A stretch of DNA of 64,000 nt from an uncultured Candidatus Woesearchaeota archaeon (GCA_963835585.1 CAWIGF010000003.1:516530-580529), one strand, 5' to 3'. Counted from the stretch's first letter, positions 19,204 through 29,044 are shown. Notes: generated by a model from the letters alone, not told the origin. Numbers and translations: made by a program.

Positions 19204-20021
19204 AGGCTCTGTCCTAAAAGTCGGTAAAGCCAAGAAAATAAGTTATGGCAGACTAGCCGCAAATATACTTCTGTGCGGATTGTCCGCACAGTTTTGGAGC
19301 TGACACTAGCTCCAAACTTGCGTTTTATACTGCTGTTGCTTGATTCAACAAGCGATCTTCGATGATACGTTCTCAATCGATACTGCCTCGCCATTTTCTT
19401 ACGATAACGACCTCGCTTTGCGTTCTTTTTCGCTGGAACCATGAGCACCATGTTGTGCTCATGCGCAAACTTGAACAAATACTCGGCAGAATATCCTTTG
19501 TCTGCCACAGCAATCCTCGGATTACTGTTTTTTAAGAGAAATTTCGCATCCTTGATGTCGTGTGCTGGAAGCACACGAATCTTCGCAGCGCAGAATTTCT
19601 TTTTTCGCGTGTCGAATGCTGTGCTTAGTTTGATGGGAATACAAGGGAAATTCCCGTCGATGCGCTTCAGATAATGATAGCTCGGATTTGTCCTCGACAA
19701 ACCTGTGCTGTCGATGGCAACGAGATGCGAGTTGCCACAAGTTATGCTCAATATTTTCTGCCAGAAAGCTGTATCGAGTTTTGCAGCGGTATACTGCAAC
19801 GCTGATTTGCTTGGGCATCGTATGCCAAGCAAATCGCAGTGTTCCCGGACCCTGCGATAGGACAATCTGCAATATGCCTTGATGATCAGTGCGTGCAAAT
19901 GCTCCAGAAATTCATACGTCTTCGGTCCGAAATGGTGCAGCCATCTCGGACAGCCCAATCTCCTCAACAAACGCTTAAGTTTTTGTATTAGTTTTGTTTC
20001 TTTTCCCATGTGGGGGTTCAC
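19204..20021 (-). CDS. IS5-family DDE transposase
   Basis: DDE triad context: VAIDSTGLS / VADKGYSAEYL / SLVESSNSSIKRKFG, with C-terminal RLVCHNLFSWLYRLL. The ORF has no stop inside the IS and runs in frame into rps8e. Confidence 0.7.
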
Positions 20022-20095
20022 TCCCCACCCCAGAACAGCCTAGCGGCTGTCTGGGTTATTAGTTTTATGAATTACAGAGATTTAGGACAGAGCCT
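19204..20095 (-). mobile_element. IS5-family insertion sequence (~892 bp) with 15-bp terminal inverted repeats and GGCTGAT target-site duplication
   Basis: Terminal inverted repeats AGGCTCTGTCCTAAA (19204-19218) and TTTAGGACAGAGCCT (20081-20095). The flanking direct repeat GGCTGAT(AG) lies at 19197-19205 and 20096-20104. The element encodes a DDE transposase. Confidence 0.75.
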
Positions 20096-20160
20096 GGCTG
20101 ATAGTAACATTTATATAGCGTTACCAGGTTTTAGAATCTATAATTTGAGGGGTAATTACT

Positions 20161-20397
20161 ATGAACGAAATGGAATCATCAAGGCCTCTGGATGCCTTAA
20201 ACAAGTCACGGAACAAGAAAGTCCTTGTTGAACTGAAGAACAACAAGCAGTACGTAGGCAAGCTCAACTCATTCGATATCCACATAAATGTTGTATTGGA
20301 CGAAGCAGAAGAACGATTCGAAGGCGAAGTGAAGAGAAAGCTTGGCACTGTTTTCTTGCGGGGAGATACAATAACAATAATAGTACCAACGGAGTAA
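20161..20397 (+). CDS. Sm-like archaeal protein (LSm/SmAP)
   Basis: 78 aa with Sm1/Sm2 motifs (VLVELKNNKQYVGKLNSFDIHINVVL...VFLRGDTI). Confidence 0.8.
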   Translation: MNEMESSRPLDALNKSRNKKVLVELKNNKQYVGKLNSFDIHINVVLDEAEERFEGEVKRKLGTVFLRGDTITIIVPTE

Positions 20398-20398
20398 A

Positions 20399-20563
20399 AT
20401 GACAAAGGGATCAGTTTCTCAGGGAAAAAGATCTAAGAACATAATGATGATAGCGTGCAGGAGATGCGGCACGCGAACATTTCATGTTACGAAGAAGAAA
20501 TGCTCAAGTTGCGGGTTCGGAAAAAGTGCACGCATGAGAAAATACGCCTGGCAGAAGAAATAA
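20399..20563 (+). CDS. rpl37e: ribosomal protein L37e
   Basis: 54-aa ORF missing from the ORF track; I translated it myself (MTKGSVSQGKRSKNIMMIACRRCGTRTFHVTKKKCSSCGF...RKYAWQKK). C2C2 Zn-ribbon. The Sm-L37e pair is conserved in archaea. Confidence 0.8.
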   Translation: MTKGSVSQGKRSKNIMMIACRRCGTRTFHVTKKKCSSCGFGKSARMRKYAWQKK

Positions 20564-20618
20564 CTGATTTCTAAACATCAATACATTTAAAAACAAAATA
20601 CAAGTAGATTTCTTTAAC

Positions 20619-20724
20619 GCGGGGTTGCCAGAGCGGTCAAATGGGACAGGTTTAGGGGAGCTCAAAAGCATCTAAGAACCCTGTTGGCTTAGTGCCTTCG
20701 CAGGTTCGAATCCTGTGCCCCGCA
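20619..20724 (+). tRNA. tRNA-Leu (anticodon TAG; class II) with ~22-nt intron
   Basis: Acceptor GCGGGGT/GCCCCGC, Leu/Ser-type D-loop GAGCGGTCAAA, anticodon stem ACAGG/CCTGT. Loop TTTAGG followed by an insert containing CTAA complementary to the anticodon, then a variable arm GGC-TTAGT-GCC and T-arm GCAGG-TTCGAAT-CCTGT. An AAG anticodon cannot be fully excluded. Confidence 0.6.
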
Positions 20725-20911
20725 AGTTTTTGGATTTTGATATTTTTTGGATAAATTATCACAACATTTTTTAGTACTATCCAGAAACAAAAAAGAAATA
20801 TTTTGTTGATTATAATTCAGAACAAATGTGTTTGAAATCCATTAGATTTAAATATTAATTACTTGGAAGATATAATTGGAAAAGGCTATTTGGGTTTAAA
20901 AAAGAGGACAT

Positions 20912-21853
20912 ATGAAACAAACACTCGTTGCTTTAGCGGTTCTTTTGACACTATTGACTGTTGGCATACATGTTGTTAATGCAGATATACAAGAGATAAA
21001 TACTACCGCAAGTCAGGTAATAAACGCGGGTTCTCAGGACAATGCCATATTCGAAGTCCAGACGCTAAAATACGAACCATATCCTGTTAATGCGGGAGAT
21101 TGGTTCGACATATGGATCAAGGCGGAAAATATCGGGAATGATGACGCGATAAATTCGCAGTTCATATTGATCCCTGAATATCCATTTGAGGCCGATAACG
21201 AATCATCACTTACTCAGAACTTGGGAACGGTTCCCGGCATGACATCCGCTTACCTGAACAGGCAACAAGGAGAGATTAGTCAGGAGAGCAATTATGTCAC
21301 GTTGAAATTCAGGGTCAAGGTTGCTGACAACGCTCCGGAGGGAGACAGCAGCCTGAAAATAATGAGCAGAACAGACAACACTGGAGATTTCGTTTATTTG
21401 CTTCCGATCACAATAGAAAAGACAAAGACAGATTTTGAGGTAAAAATGAATGACCTTAATGCGCAGGAGACGTCATTCATAGTGACAAATTCAGGAGAAA
21501 AAGCAGCGGAGTCGGTAGTCATAAATGTTCCTCCGCAGGATGGCGTCGTACTTTTGCAGGGAGAAGGACCAGTTTCGATGGGGGACATGAATAGCGGTGA
21601 TTTCAGCATAGCGCACCTGGACATATTGCCGACGCAAAATGCAACTAACATAACGATGGACATATCATACACGGACATTTCCGGAATAAGGGACACGATA
21701 ACAAAAACAGTCCCAATCGACAGCACAAAATTATCCCTCATCTATGCGCCAATATCCCATTCGAATTACACATGGACATTCGGCATAGTCGGATTTCTGA
21801 TTGGGGCATTCATAGTCATATTTGGAATAAGGATTTTCCATAAAAAGAAATGA
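20912..21853 (+). CDS. secreted surface protein with C-terminal TM anchor
   Basis: 313 aa. Signal peptide MKQTLVALAVLLTLLTVGIHVVNA, a CARDB/Ig-like middle region, and a C-terminal hydrophobic helix plus a basic tail (IFHKKK). Confidence 0.45.
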   Translation: MKQTLVALAVLLTLLTVGIHVVNADIQEINTTASQVINAGSQDNAIFEVQTLKYEPYPVNAGDWFDIWIKAENIGNDDAINSQFILIPEYPFEADNESSLTQNLGTVPGMTSAYLNRQQGEISQESNYVTLKFRVKVADNAPEGDSSLKIMSRTDNTGDFVYLLPITIEKTKTDFEVKMNDLNAQETSFIVTNSGEKAAESVVINVPPQDGVVLLQGEGPVSMGDMNSGDFSIAHLDILPTQNATNITMDISYTDISGIRDTITKTVPIDSTKLSLIYAPISHSNYTWTFGIVGFLIGAFIVIFGIRIFHKKK

Positions 21854-22548
21854 CGATTGTTGTACGATATGGAGAAAAAAAATCATCTCTAGCCGAAATA
21901 GAAAAAGTTATAGAGAAGGATGAGAAGAAAGTTACTAACTTCTTCGGACGCCAGAGCACTATAAATTTTTTGATAATATTCGTATTTGCTGTTCTTTTAG
22001 CGGGTGTGCTCTACCTATCCACCGAAGAAAATCAAGTCTACATAGAGAATTCATTGGTCGACGCTCCCGTGATTTCACTTTCTTCGGAAACACCAGGAGT
22101 GCTGGATTACATATTTGTCAAGGAAGGAGATCATGTTACGGCAGGCATGACTGTCGCAGAAGTTAACGGAACTCCGATAAAAGCTCAAATAGATGGATTG
22201 GTAACATCTGTTTTCAACACACCGGGCCAGATAGTCAATAGCGAAACACCAATTGTCAATATGATTGATCCCCAGCAATTGAGGATTGTCGGGGCCCTTG
22301 AGGAAGACAAGGGACTCAAGGACATAAAAGTCGGGCAGAAAGCCGTATTTACATTGGATGCGTTCGGTTCTGAGAAATTTGATGGCGTAGTTGACTCGAT
22401 AGGCCAGACGTCAGCAGCCCAAGACATCGTTTTTAGCATATCCAGTACAAGACAGGAAAAAAACTTCGACGTGTATGTAAAATTCGATGCGAACCAATAC
22501 CCCCAAATCAAGAGCGGCATGTCTGCTAAGATATGGGTATACAAATAA
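21850..22548 (+). CDS. HlyD/EmrA-type membrane fusion protein
   Basis: 232 aa. N-terminal TM, a biotin-lipoyl-like hairpin (GDHVTAGMTVAEV) and a beta-barrel region. The ATGA overlaps the upstream gene, and the downstream gene is a major-facilitator-superfamily (MFS) EmrB-like pump. Confidence 0.6.
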   Translation: MTIVVRYGEKKSSLAEIEKVIEKDEKKVTNFFGRQSTINFLIIFVFAVLLAGVLYLSTEENQVYIENSLVDAPVISLSSETPGVLDYIFVKEGDHVTAGMTVAEVNGTPIKAQIDGLVTSVFNTPGQIVNSETPIVNMIDPQQLRIVGALEEDKGLKDIKVGQKAVFTLDAFGSEKFDGVVDSIGQTSAAQDIVFSISSTRQEKNFDVYVKFDANQYPQIKSGMSAKIWVYK

Positions 22549-22557
22549 GCAAATACT

Positions 22558-24036
22558 ATGGCAGAATCCAATCTAAGATGGTGGGTGCTTACGACAGTCA
22601 TCATCGGCACTTTTCTTGGACGTCTTGATCAGACTATAGTGAATCTTGCGCTGCCAAAGATAATAACCGCATTCAGGATTACCGTTGTTTCTGCCGGTTG
22701 GATCGCGACAGCGTACATAATCGCGAACGCGGTTTTTGTTCCAGTCTGGGGGAAATTGGGAGACAAGGTCGGAAGAAAAAAAATTTACATCCTTGGATTC
22801 AGCATATTCATATTAGGATCAGTCCTTGCGGGTCTTGCCTGGAATCTGACATCCCTGATTTTTTTCAGGGTCATACAAGCGACGGCAAGCGCTGCTGATT
22901 ATCCGACTGCCATGGCCATTATCACCATCACATTCAAGCAGGGAAAAGAACGCGCCCAAGCCCTTGGGTTATGGTCGACATCATTTGCCGCAGCAACAGT
23001 ATTTGGACCATTGATCGGCGGTCCATTGATCGATTTTTTCGGATGGCGCTCTGTTTTCTTGGTGAACTTACCAGTCGGCATAATAGGTATGTTCATGGCT
23101 ATAAAATTTATTGACGAATCTGTATCCAACGACAGAAAGGAGAAATTCGACATCTGGGGAACCATTTATCTAGGAGTAACGTTGTCTTCCTTGGTTCTTG
23201 TCCTTGATCAGGGGATGACATGGGGCTGGCTGTCGCTTAACAGCATAATTTGCTACGTAGTCATTGTCGTATTCTTCATACTATTTTATCTTACAGAGAA
23301 GCATCACACGGATCCTATTGTGGATCTGAAATTTTTCAAGAACAAGATATTTGTCGGCACTTTGGTAAATAATTTTGTGGTCTTCATGGGGATGATGGGA
23401 AGTGTATTCCTCATCCCTTTGTTCTCACAGACGTTTCTGGGATATAGTGCACAGCAAAGCGGATACCTTTTCATTCCAATGGCGGCATTCATGGTGATTT
23501 CTGCCCAGATCGGTGGACGCCTTATTGGAAAGATAAAATCAAATTATGTAATGGCATTGAGCACATTCATTGCCGCAATAGGATTAATGATGTTTGGCCT
23601 TTACATAGATCCACGTTCAAATGCATGGGCTATAGTAATTCCCCTTTCAGTCATGGCATTTGGTCTAGGCCTGGGGATGGCGCAGCGTACTAGCGCCATT
23701 GCGAACGCCGTCCCCCAGAACGAGATCGGAATCGCATCGTCCATTCTGGCGCTTACGAGGAACATTTCGGGAGCGTTCGGGATAGCTATTTTTGCGACGA
23801 TACTTGATAACAGAATCACTAGTAACATAATAAGAACTGCGCAGCATACCGTCATTAATTCAATTAACCCAACTGTATATCAAAAAGTGGCCGGACTGAT
23901 AATACTCAAGTCAGAAGTTTCCGCATATTCGTATGTCTTCTGGATATCCGCGCTGGTTGTCTTCATCGGCGCTATCATGGCCTTGTTCATAAAAATAACA
24001 AAAGAAACGAACGTGAAAGTGCACATAGACGCGTGA
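22558..24036 (+). CDS. MFS drug efflux transporter, EmrB/QacA (DHA2, 14-TMS) family
   Basis: 492 aa, about 14 hydrophobic segments. MFS motifs are present (GRLDQTIVNLALP; GKLGDKVGRKK). Confidence 0.8.
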   Translation: MAESNLRWWVLTTVIIGTFLGRLDQTIVNLALPKIITAFRITVVSAGWIATAYIIANAVFVPVWGKLGDKVGRKKIYILGFSIFILGSVLAGLAWNLTSLIFFRVIQATASAADYPTAMAIITITFKQGKERAQALGLWSTSFAAATVFGPLIGGPLIDFFGWRSVFLVNLPVGIIGMFMAIKFIDESVSNDRKEKFDIWGTIYLGVTLSSLVLVLDQGMTWGWLSLNSIICYVVIVVFFILFYLTEKHHTDPIVDLKFFKNKIFVGTLVNNFVVFMGMMGSVFLIPLFSQTFLGYSAQQSGYLFIPMAAFMVISAQIGGRLIGKIKSNYVMALSTFIAAIGLMMFGLYIDPRSNAWAIVIPLSVMAFGLGLGMAQRTSAIANAVPQNEIGIASSILALTRNISGAFGIAIFATILDNRITSNIIRTAQHTVINSINPTVYQKVAGLIILKSEVSAYSYVFWISALVVFIGAIMALFIKITKETNVKVHIDA

Positions 24037-24054
24037 TTCTTCATTAAAAAGAAA

Positions 24055-27000
24055 TTAACTAAGCAAGCCAGCACTAGAACTTCCTAGAGCAACTCCTGGT
24101 GTTGCATAGATAAGCGTTATGTATTGTCCAGGATCAGTCGAATTACCGGCGAATATTATTTTCATGAAACCGCTTGACGTGAACAAGTCGTTAATGCCAG
24201 CAGGGGCCTGATTTACATATTTCAATTCTGCGATATATGCATCGTCGTTCAAGTCTTGAGGCGTATCTGCAATATTTATTCCATTCCATGTTCCTGAACC
24301 TGAGTTTGGCAATGAAACAACGGTGCCATCGAGTTCTACATTATCCACCTTAAGAAAGTCACCATCAACAAATTCATATTGATGTGCACCAAGAGCAACT
24401 TTACATGTGCTAGCTCCAGCAGCATTGGTCGAAATATTAATCACGCCGACGTTTAAACCATTGATTGTTTCTACTGAGTTCTGATCAATGATTGCAGCTA
24501 TATTATTGACATTAATCTGACATGAATTAGATGATGTGGTAGTCATGAGCGTAACATTGTACTGATTTCCACCAATAGTTGTTGAGAACGGTTGATTTTG
24601 TTTCAACAATGCTGGATTACCTAAGACTGTCGTAATGCTGCTTAAAACACCATTATTTGCCGTCGCGCTTACAATGATGTGTATTGTCCCAAGCATCGCG
24701 AACATCGTTCCTGCGAAATTTGCCGAAACATCATTTGGATCAAATATAACTGAACTATTGAATAAAAGCGAGTAGCTGTAAAGAGGGTTATTCTTGCCTA
24801 TGTACAAATATTCATCCCTGATTGGAGCGAGTCGATTGTCCTCTGTATTCTCCACAAGAATATTGTTCGGATTAGAAATCAGCGAGAGTGTTTGATTGTC
24901 CGACACTAAATTTCCGGCAGCGCCATTGTCTTGCAAATCACTATATTTTCCGTTCGCAAGCACTCTTGGAAAATCAACCACAGTTATTGTTGGTTTTACC
25001 TGACTTAACGAACTACCATCTGTCGTATTTATGCAAAGGACATCATTTTTTACTATGGTAAAATTAGAATCGAGAGCAGCGACAGCTGCCTCAGCGCTAC
25101 TGCACATGAATGGTCCGCTGAATTGTGTTTGAGTGAGAGTTAATGGAACACAACTTCCAGAAGTGCAAATCTGTCCTGTGGAACAATCGGAATTCGAAGA
25201 GCATGTTGATGCTGTTGTGTTCACTATGCAATTTCCATTAGAGCAAATCTGCCCTGAAGGACAAACAGTCACATCATTGCTAAGTGGACATCCAAATCCT
25301 CCATAAGCTGTATGTCCCATGATTGTTCCGTTGATATTGTAACTTGTCACATTGAATGTTCCTGTCAGCTGAGGCGCCCATGCTGTTGAGTTATAACATA
25401 TTGGTCCATTTCCTTGAACGTTGATTGCGTTTGGTGGAGGGCATGTTGACACAGTCGTATTTATCACGCAATTTCCAGATGAGCATGCATATCCTGAACC
25501 GCACGATGAAAGAGCTACCCTGCATTGGAAAAATCCCCCTGTTTGATTGCTTCCCATGTACACAATTCCAGGCGTTGTCAAATTCATGCACGTGCCGTAG
25601 CCAGTACCAGATGTAGCATTAGGTGCTGGGCACGTTGATGTTGTAGTAGGTGATACGCAAGAAGCAAAACCTCCATTTTGTTGAGAGCAAATCTGCCCTG
25701 CAGGACAAGAAATAGGATCATGATAACAACCATATGAACCTGAGCAAGTTGGCGAAGAGAACATTCCTCCTCCTACCAAAATCTGTCCATGCGTCTGGTA
25801 CATTATCGCTGTTGAATTATAGCAATAAGGAGTGTTTGTTGAACTGCCACATATGCTGACTCCTTGCGGAGGACATGTACCGCATGCGTTATTTGAACAT
25901 CCATTCACACAAGAAATATTATTCAAAAAAGTACCATAAATAACCATTTCCGTTGCATTATTCAAAGTACCATAACCATTTCCGTAGTAGTAGTCGATTC
26001 CGTTGCATGTGTAAAGAAGCAAGTTTGTTCCGTCAGCGGAGCAAGTAGTAGTCGCATTCAAGTAAGCGCCGTTTATAGGTCCCCATGTTATTGTGCTATT
26101 TACTTGAGTACATTGAACTGCTGTTGTATTTTGTGTGCCTAAACATTGTTGACCAGAACCATATTGAGGAATCCATGATTCAAGTGTGACATCAGTTACA
26201 TTTATCAAAGTTTCATTGACTGTTTGTGATGAATTTACGTCAACAATGAAGGTAATATTACCTAGAGTGAGTTGACATACATAGCCAGAATAATCACTGC
26301 CAATAGCGTCCAATGTAACGCCAGAAAAGTTTGTGCCCTCTTTTACCGTCGAAAAAATTCCGTTCACACCAAATGTACATGTGCTATTCATCGGGTCAGG
26401 TCCATTAATTAGACAGGATGATGCATTCACTATGGGAGTCGCTACGTTGGTAACGCAAACATTATTTGAGCAAACCTGTCCCGAACTGCAATCAGAATCT
26501 ACGCTGCATGTGTTAGTGTTAATCTGCAAATTGCCAGGCGCAGGTGGAGCAAGAGGAAGATTAGGAACTGTTATTGTCGTATTGATTATCTGAAGCATCC
26601 ACTCGCCAGCAGGATTGTTAACGCTGCCGTGACAATCCCAAGTTACCAAATCACTCGACCTTGAGCACGCATATGCCACGACGTATATTGGCTGGCTTTG
26701 ATTAATTAAGGATTGATTGAGAAGATAATCCTCTGTTATGGACAGGGGTGCCGTTACATTCCCGCTTATCCAGCCGCTAGAACCAACGGTTGCCTGAGGG
26801 AATGTGAATGGATACCATGTACTGGAATTACCATTGTAAACGTAGCCAGTTTTGTAGACATACTGTTCTCCATTTACTCCGACATTCGCCACTACTGCAT
26901 TATTAGTAAAATTAAACTCAGTATTAGCATAATTGATGCCGAAAGTCGTTGGAAGCGCATATCCCTGCGAATAAGCGTCTATGGCCTTTCCAAGAGGAGC

Positions 27001-27093
27001 ATTGAATGAGGAAGAGCTTGGAGTTGGAGGAAGATTCTGACTACATGCCACAATCAAGAACAATGTAAGGATAAATAGTCCTGTTTTTCTCAT
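24055..27093 (-). CDS. large Cys-rich, sequon-rich surface lipoprotein paralogous to the S-layer protein
   Basis: 1012 aa. Signal plus lipobox (FLIVAC|SQ). Repeated CxxGQ[IV]CSxxxC modules. More than 40 N-x-S/T sequons. The C-terminal ~350 aa align with aa ~110-350 of the 34801 S-layer protein (NTEDNRLAPIRDEYLYIGKNNPLYSYSLLF vs TEDDRLAPNAGDYLYIQKDQQLYNYSLEF). Confidence 0.6.
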   Translation of the reverse strand: MRKTGLFILTLFLIVACSQNLPPTPSSSSFNAPLGKAIDAYSQGYALPTTFGINYANTEFNFTNNAVVANVGVNGEQYVYKTGYVYNGNSSTWYPFTFPQATVGSSGWISGNVTAPLSITEDYLLNQSLINQSQPIYVVAYACSRSSDLVTWDCHGSVNNPAGEWMLQIINTTITVPNLPLAPPAPGNLQINTNTCSVDSDCSSGQVCSNNVCVTNVATPIVNASSCLINGPDPMNSTCTFGVNGIFSTVKEGTNFSGVTLDAIGSDYSGYVCQLTLGNITFIVDVNSSQTVNETLINVTDVTLESWIPQYGSGQQCLGTQNTTAVQCTQVNSTITWGPINGAYLNATTTCSADGTNLLLYTCNGIDYYYGNGYGTLNNATEMVIYGTFLNNISCVNGCSNNACGTCPPQGVSICGSSTNTPYCYNSTAIMYQTHGQILVGGGMFSSPTCSGSYGCYHDPISCPAGQICSQQNGGFASCVSPTTTSTCPAPNATSGTGYGTCMNLTTPGIVYMGSNQTGGFFQCRVALSSCGSGYACSSGNCVINTTVSTCPPPNAINVQGNGPICYNSTAWAPQLTGTFNVTSYNINGTIMGHTAYGGFGCPLSNDVTVCPSGQICSNGNCIVNTTASTCSSNSDCSTGQICTSGSCVPLTLTQTQFSGPFMCSSAEAAVAALDSNFTIVKNDVLCINTTDGSSLSQVKPTITVVDFPRVLANGKYSDLQDNGAAGNLVSDNQTLSLISNPNNILVENTEDNRLAPIRDEYLYIGKNNPLYSYSLLFNSSVIFDPNDVSANFAGTMFAMLGTIHIIVSATANNGVLSSITTVLGNPALLKQNQPFSTTIGGNQYNVTLMTTTSSNSCQINVNNIAAIIDQNSVETINGLNVGVINISTNAAGASTCKVALGAHQYEFVDGDFLKVDNVELDGTVVSLPNSGSGTWNGINIADTPQDLNDDAYIAELKYVNQAPAGINDLFTSSGFMKIIFAGNSTDPGQYITLIYATPGVALGSSSAGLLS

Positions 27094-27153
27094 GTGTCTA
27101 GTCCCTTTTGTGGTTGTCCTAAAAATTAATCTTAGACTATTTAAACATTATGC

Positions 27154-28101
27154 TCAAGAATGTTTTTTCCTGTATACTTCAGATACCACAACAACAATAA
27201 GCAAAATCAGAGTAATAATAAGCACGGTCGCAGTGTTGCGCAGGCAAGTGCCGCTTGTCAGGAGTTGCCACGATATCTTGGACTCGATAAGCGCACCGAC
27301 TACCAGCATGATTATAGATGATATGAATATTAATACAGCATATCTCAATGTTTTGAAGAATCCCGAAGAAAACAACTTCTCATTTGAAACCGAGAACGAC
27401 AACACGCATCCTGCTATTGCCGCCAAGAAATATGCAATGACTTCCGGGATCATGTGGAAGAACATCACTCCCATGTTGCATGCCATGATTGAAAACAAAG
27501 CGACCTGCCCGAAAGTTCCTGCCGACTGCCTTATCACATCGGCCAATGCGAACGCGAAGATGGATGAGTTCATCATCAACAACAGCAATGATCCTGCTCC
27601 GTAGAGCAATGACAGAATGAATGCAATTATCATGACGTACAGATTATTCGAGAATATGCCCATGAACAAGGCGTTGCTGTCTATTGGCGGCGGCGGGATG
27701 CCAGCGTTCTGAGGAAGTATGACGCTCGTGCTGCTGCCGAAAAGCTGCGCTTCTGAAAATACTCTGCCAGGAGCGATGAGCGCTATCAAAAAAAACACGA
27801 CAAATGACCCTATGAAAAAATATATGTAGAAATCAAGTATGTGTCTTGTCTTGGAGAGGAACGTCTTCTTCGCGATGAAAGACTCCATCTTGAACAAACT
27901 CATCACGACAGGCATCGCAAGGACGACAGTGAGCAATACTGTGCTTACGCCGACAAAATATGGCGTCTTGTTGAATAATAGATAAGACACAATAAAAGAA
28001 AAAATCGTGAAGAAGACGCCGGCAAATAACGCGTAATTCGCATTTGACTCAATATTTTTCAGGCTGAATATCTTATCGAACATTGCCAAATGCCTCATCA
28101 A
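27154..28101 (-). CDS. polytopic membrane protein (possibly SpoIIM/DUF95-like)
   Basis: 315 aa with at least 7 hydrophobic helices. The family assignment is tentative. Confidence 0.35.
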   Translation of the reverse strand: MMRHLAMFDKIFSLKNIESNANYALFAGVFFTIFSFIVSYLLFNKTPYFVGVSTVLLTVVLAMPVVMSLFKMESFIAKKTFLSKTRHILDFYIYFFIGSFVVFFLIALIAPGRVFSEAQLFGSSTSVILPQNAGIPPPPIDSNALFMGIFSNNLYVMIIAFILSLLYGAGSLLLLMMNSSIFAFALADVIRQSAGTFGQVALFSIMACNMGVMFFHMIPEVIAYFLAAIAGCVLSFSVSNEKLFSSGFFKTLRYAVLIFISSIIMLVVGALIESKISWQLLTSGTCLRNTATVLIITLILLIVVVVSEVYRKKHS

Positions 28102-28987
28102 TCATGTCCTGCCTGTATCCGTTCTGCAGCAGAGATGCCTTGATTTGGTCCTGTGAATATCCTCGTTGCAGCATCTGGGTTATGTACGCGCGTGCCTGCA
28201 TGGCCTGGGCATCCTGAACAGGTTCTGTTTGCTTCTTCGCGAATGGCTTTTTGATGAGGATGAAAAGGACGCATGCAAGTATTATCACCAACAAAATTCC
28301 GCCGTATAATAGATAATCAGGACCTGAACTCTGTTGTGAGGAAACGACAGTAGATTGAACATTTTGTTCTGTAGGAGGAATATTTTGCTGAGTTACAGGA
28401 GGTGCGGTTTGTGGTGTCTGGACAATTGGTGTTTGTACTGGTGTGCTCTGTTGGGATGAACTATTTACCGGCTCGTTCACAATGATTCCTGAATTTGAAG
28501 AAAATCCACTGCCGCTAGATGATGATGAGCCTGATGATGTTGTGGTTATTGATGCAGTTGTCGTTACTGTCAATGATGCAGTCTGCGTTGGATCGGAATT
28601 CGAGGTTGCGGTTATTGTAATAGGATATTGCTGGCCGTTTGTGGAACTGCTTGGAACAATGTACGTCATGGCGGCAGTCCCTGATGAGCCTGCAGAGACG
28701 GAAACAGAAGTTGGCTTGATTTGCGCGTTAAGATTATTTGTGCTCAAGGAATATGTATCATCAACAGTTCCGCCATTTGCAATAGTTATCGTGTATGTGG
28801 CAGTGGAACCTGGCGCCATGGACTGGGCAGAGTGATCAACACTCAAGCTTATGTTTACGACATTGAGCAATGGACTAGCAGGAGGAGTTGGAACTCCTTG
28901 AGCCAATGCAAATACAGCAAGCAGAACGGAAAGAAAAAACGTTAAAACGAATGCCCTCTTCATGGACCAGTTAAAATAGAATGACAT
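28073..28987 (-). CDS. secreted S/T-rich surface protein with C-terminal TM anchor and short cytoplasmic tail
   Basis: 304 aa. Signal peptide, a CARDB-like beta domain, a long Ser/Thr/Gln linker, a TM helix (LLYGGILLVIILACVLFILI), and a tail with two GY(S/R)QDxI repeats. Confidence 0.45.
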   Translation of the reverse strand: MSFYFNWSMKRAFVLTFFLSVLLAVFALAQGVPTPPASPLLNVVNISLSVDHSAQSMAPGSTATYTITIANGGTVDDTYSLSTNNLNAQIKPTSVSVSAGSSGTAAMTYIVPSSSTNGQQYPITITATSNSDPTQTASLTVTTTASITTTSSGSSSSSGSGFSSNSGIIVNEPVNSSSQQSTPVQTPIVQTPQTAPPVTQQNIPPTEQNVQSTVVSSQQSSGPDYLLYGGILLVIILACVLFILIKKPFAKKQTEPVQDAQAMQARAYITQMLQRGYSQDQIKASLLQNGYRQDMIDEAFGNVR

Positions 28988-29044
28988 TTATAAAGCTTAT
29001 TGAAAAGGGAAAACAAGTTAGTCGTTCTCTTGAAATAGTTTCAA

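Noticed and set aside
18768-20021. A 417-aa transposase-S8e fusion protein as listed in the ORF track
   Set aside because: S8e has its own ATG (19151) preceded by a TATA-like box. The IS inverted repeat lies between the two coding parts, so the in-frame continuity is most likely a consequence of insertion rather than a functional fusion.
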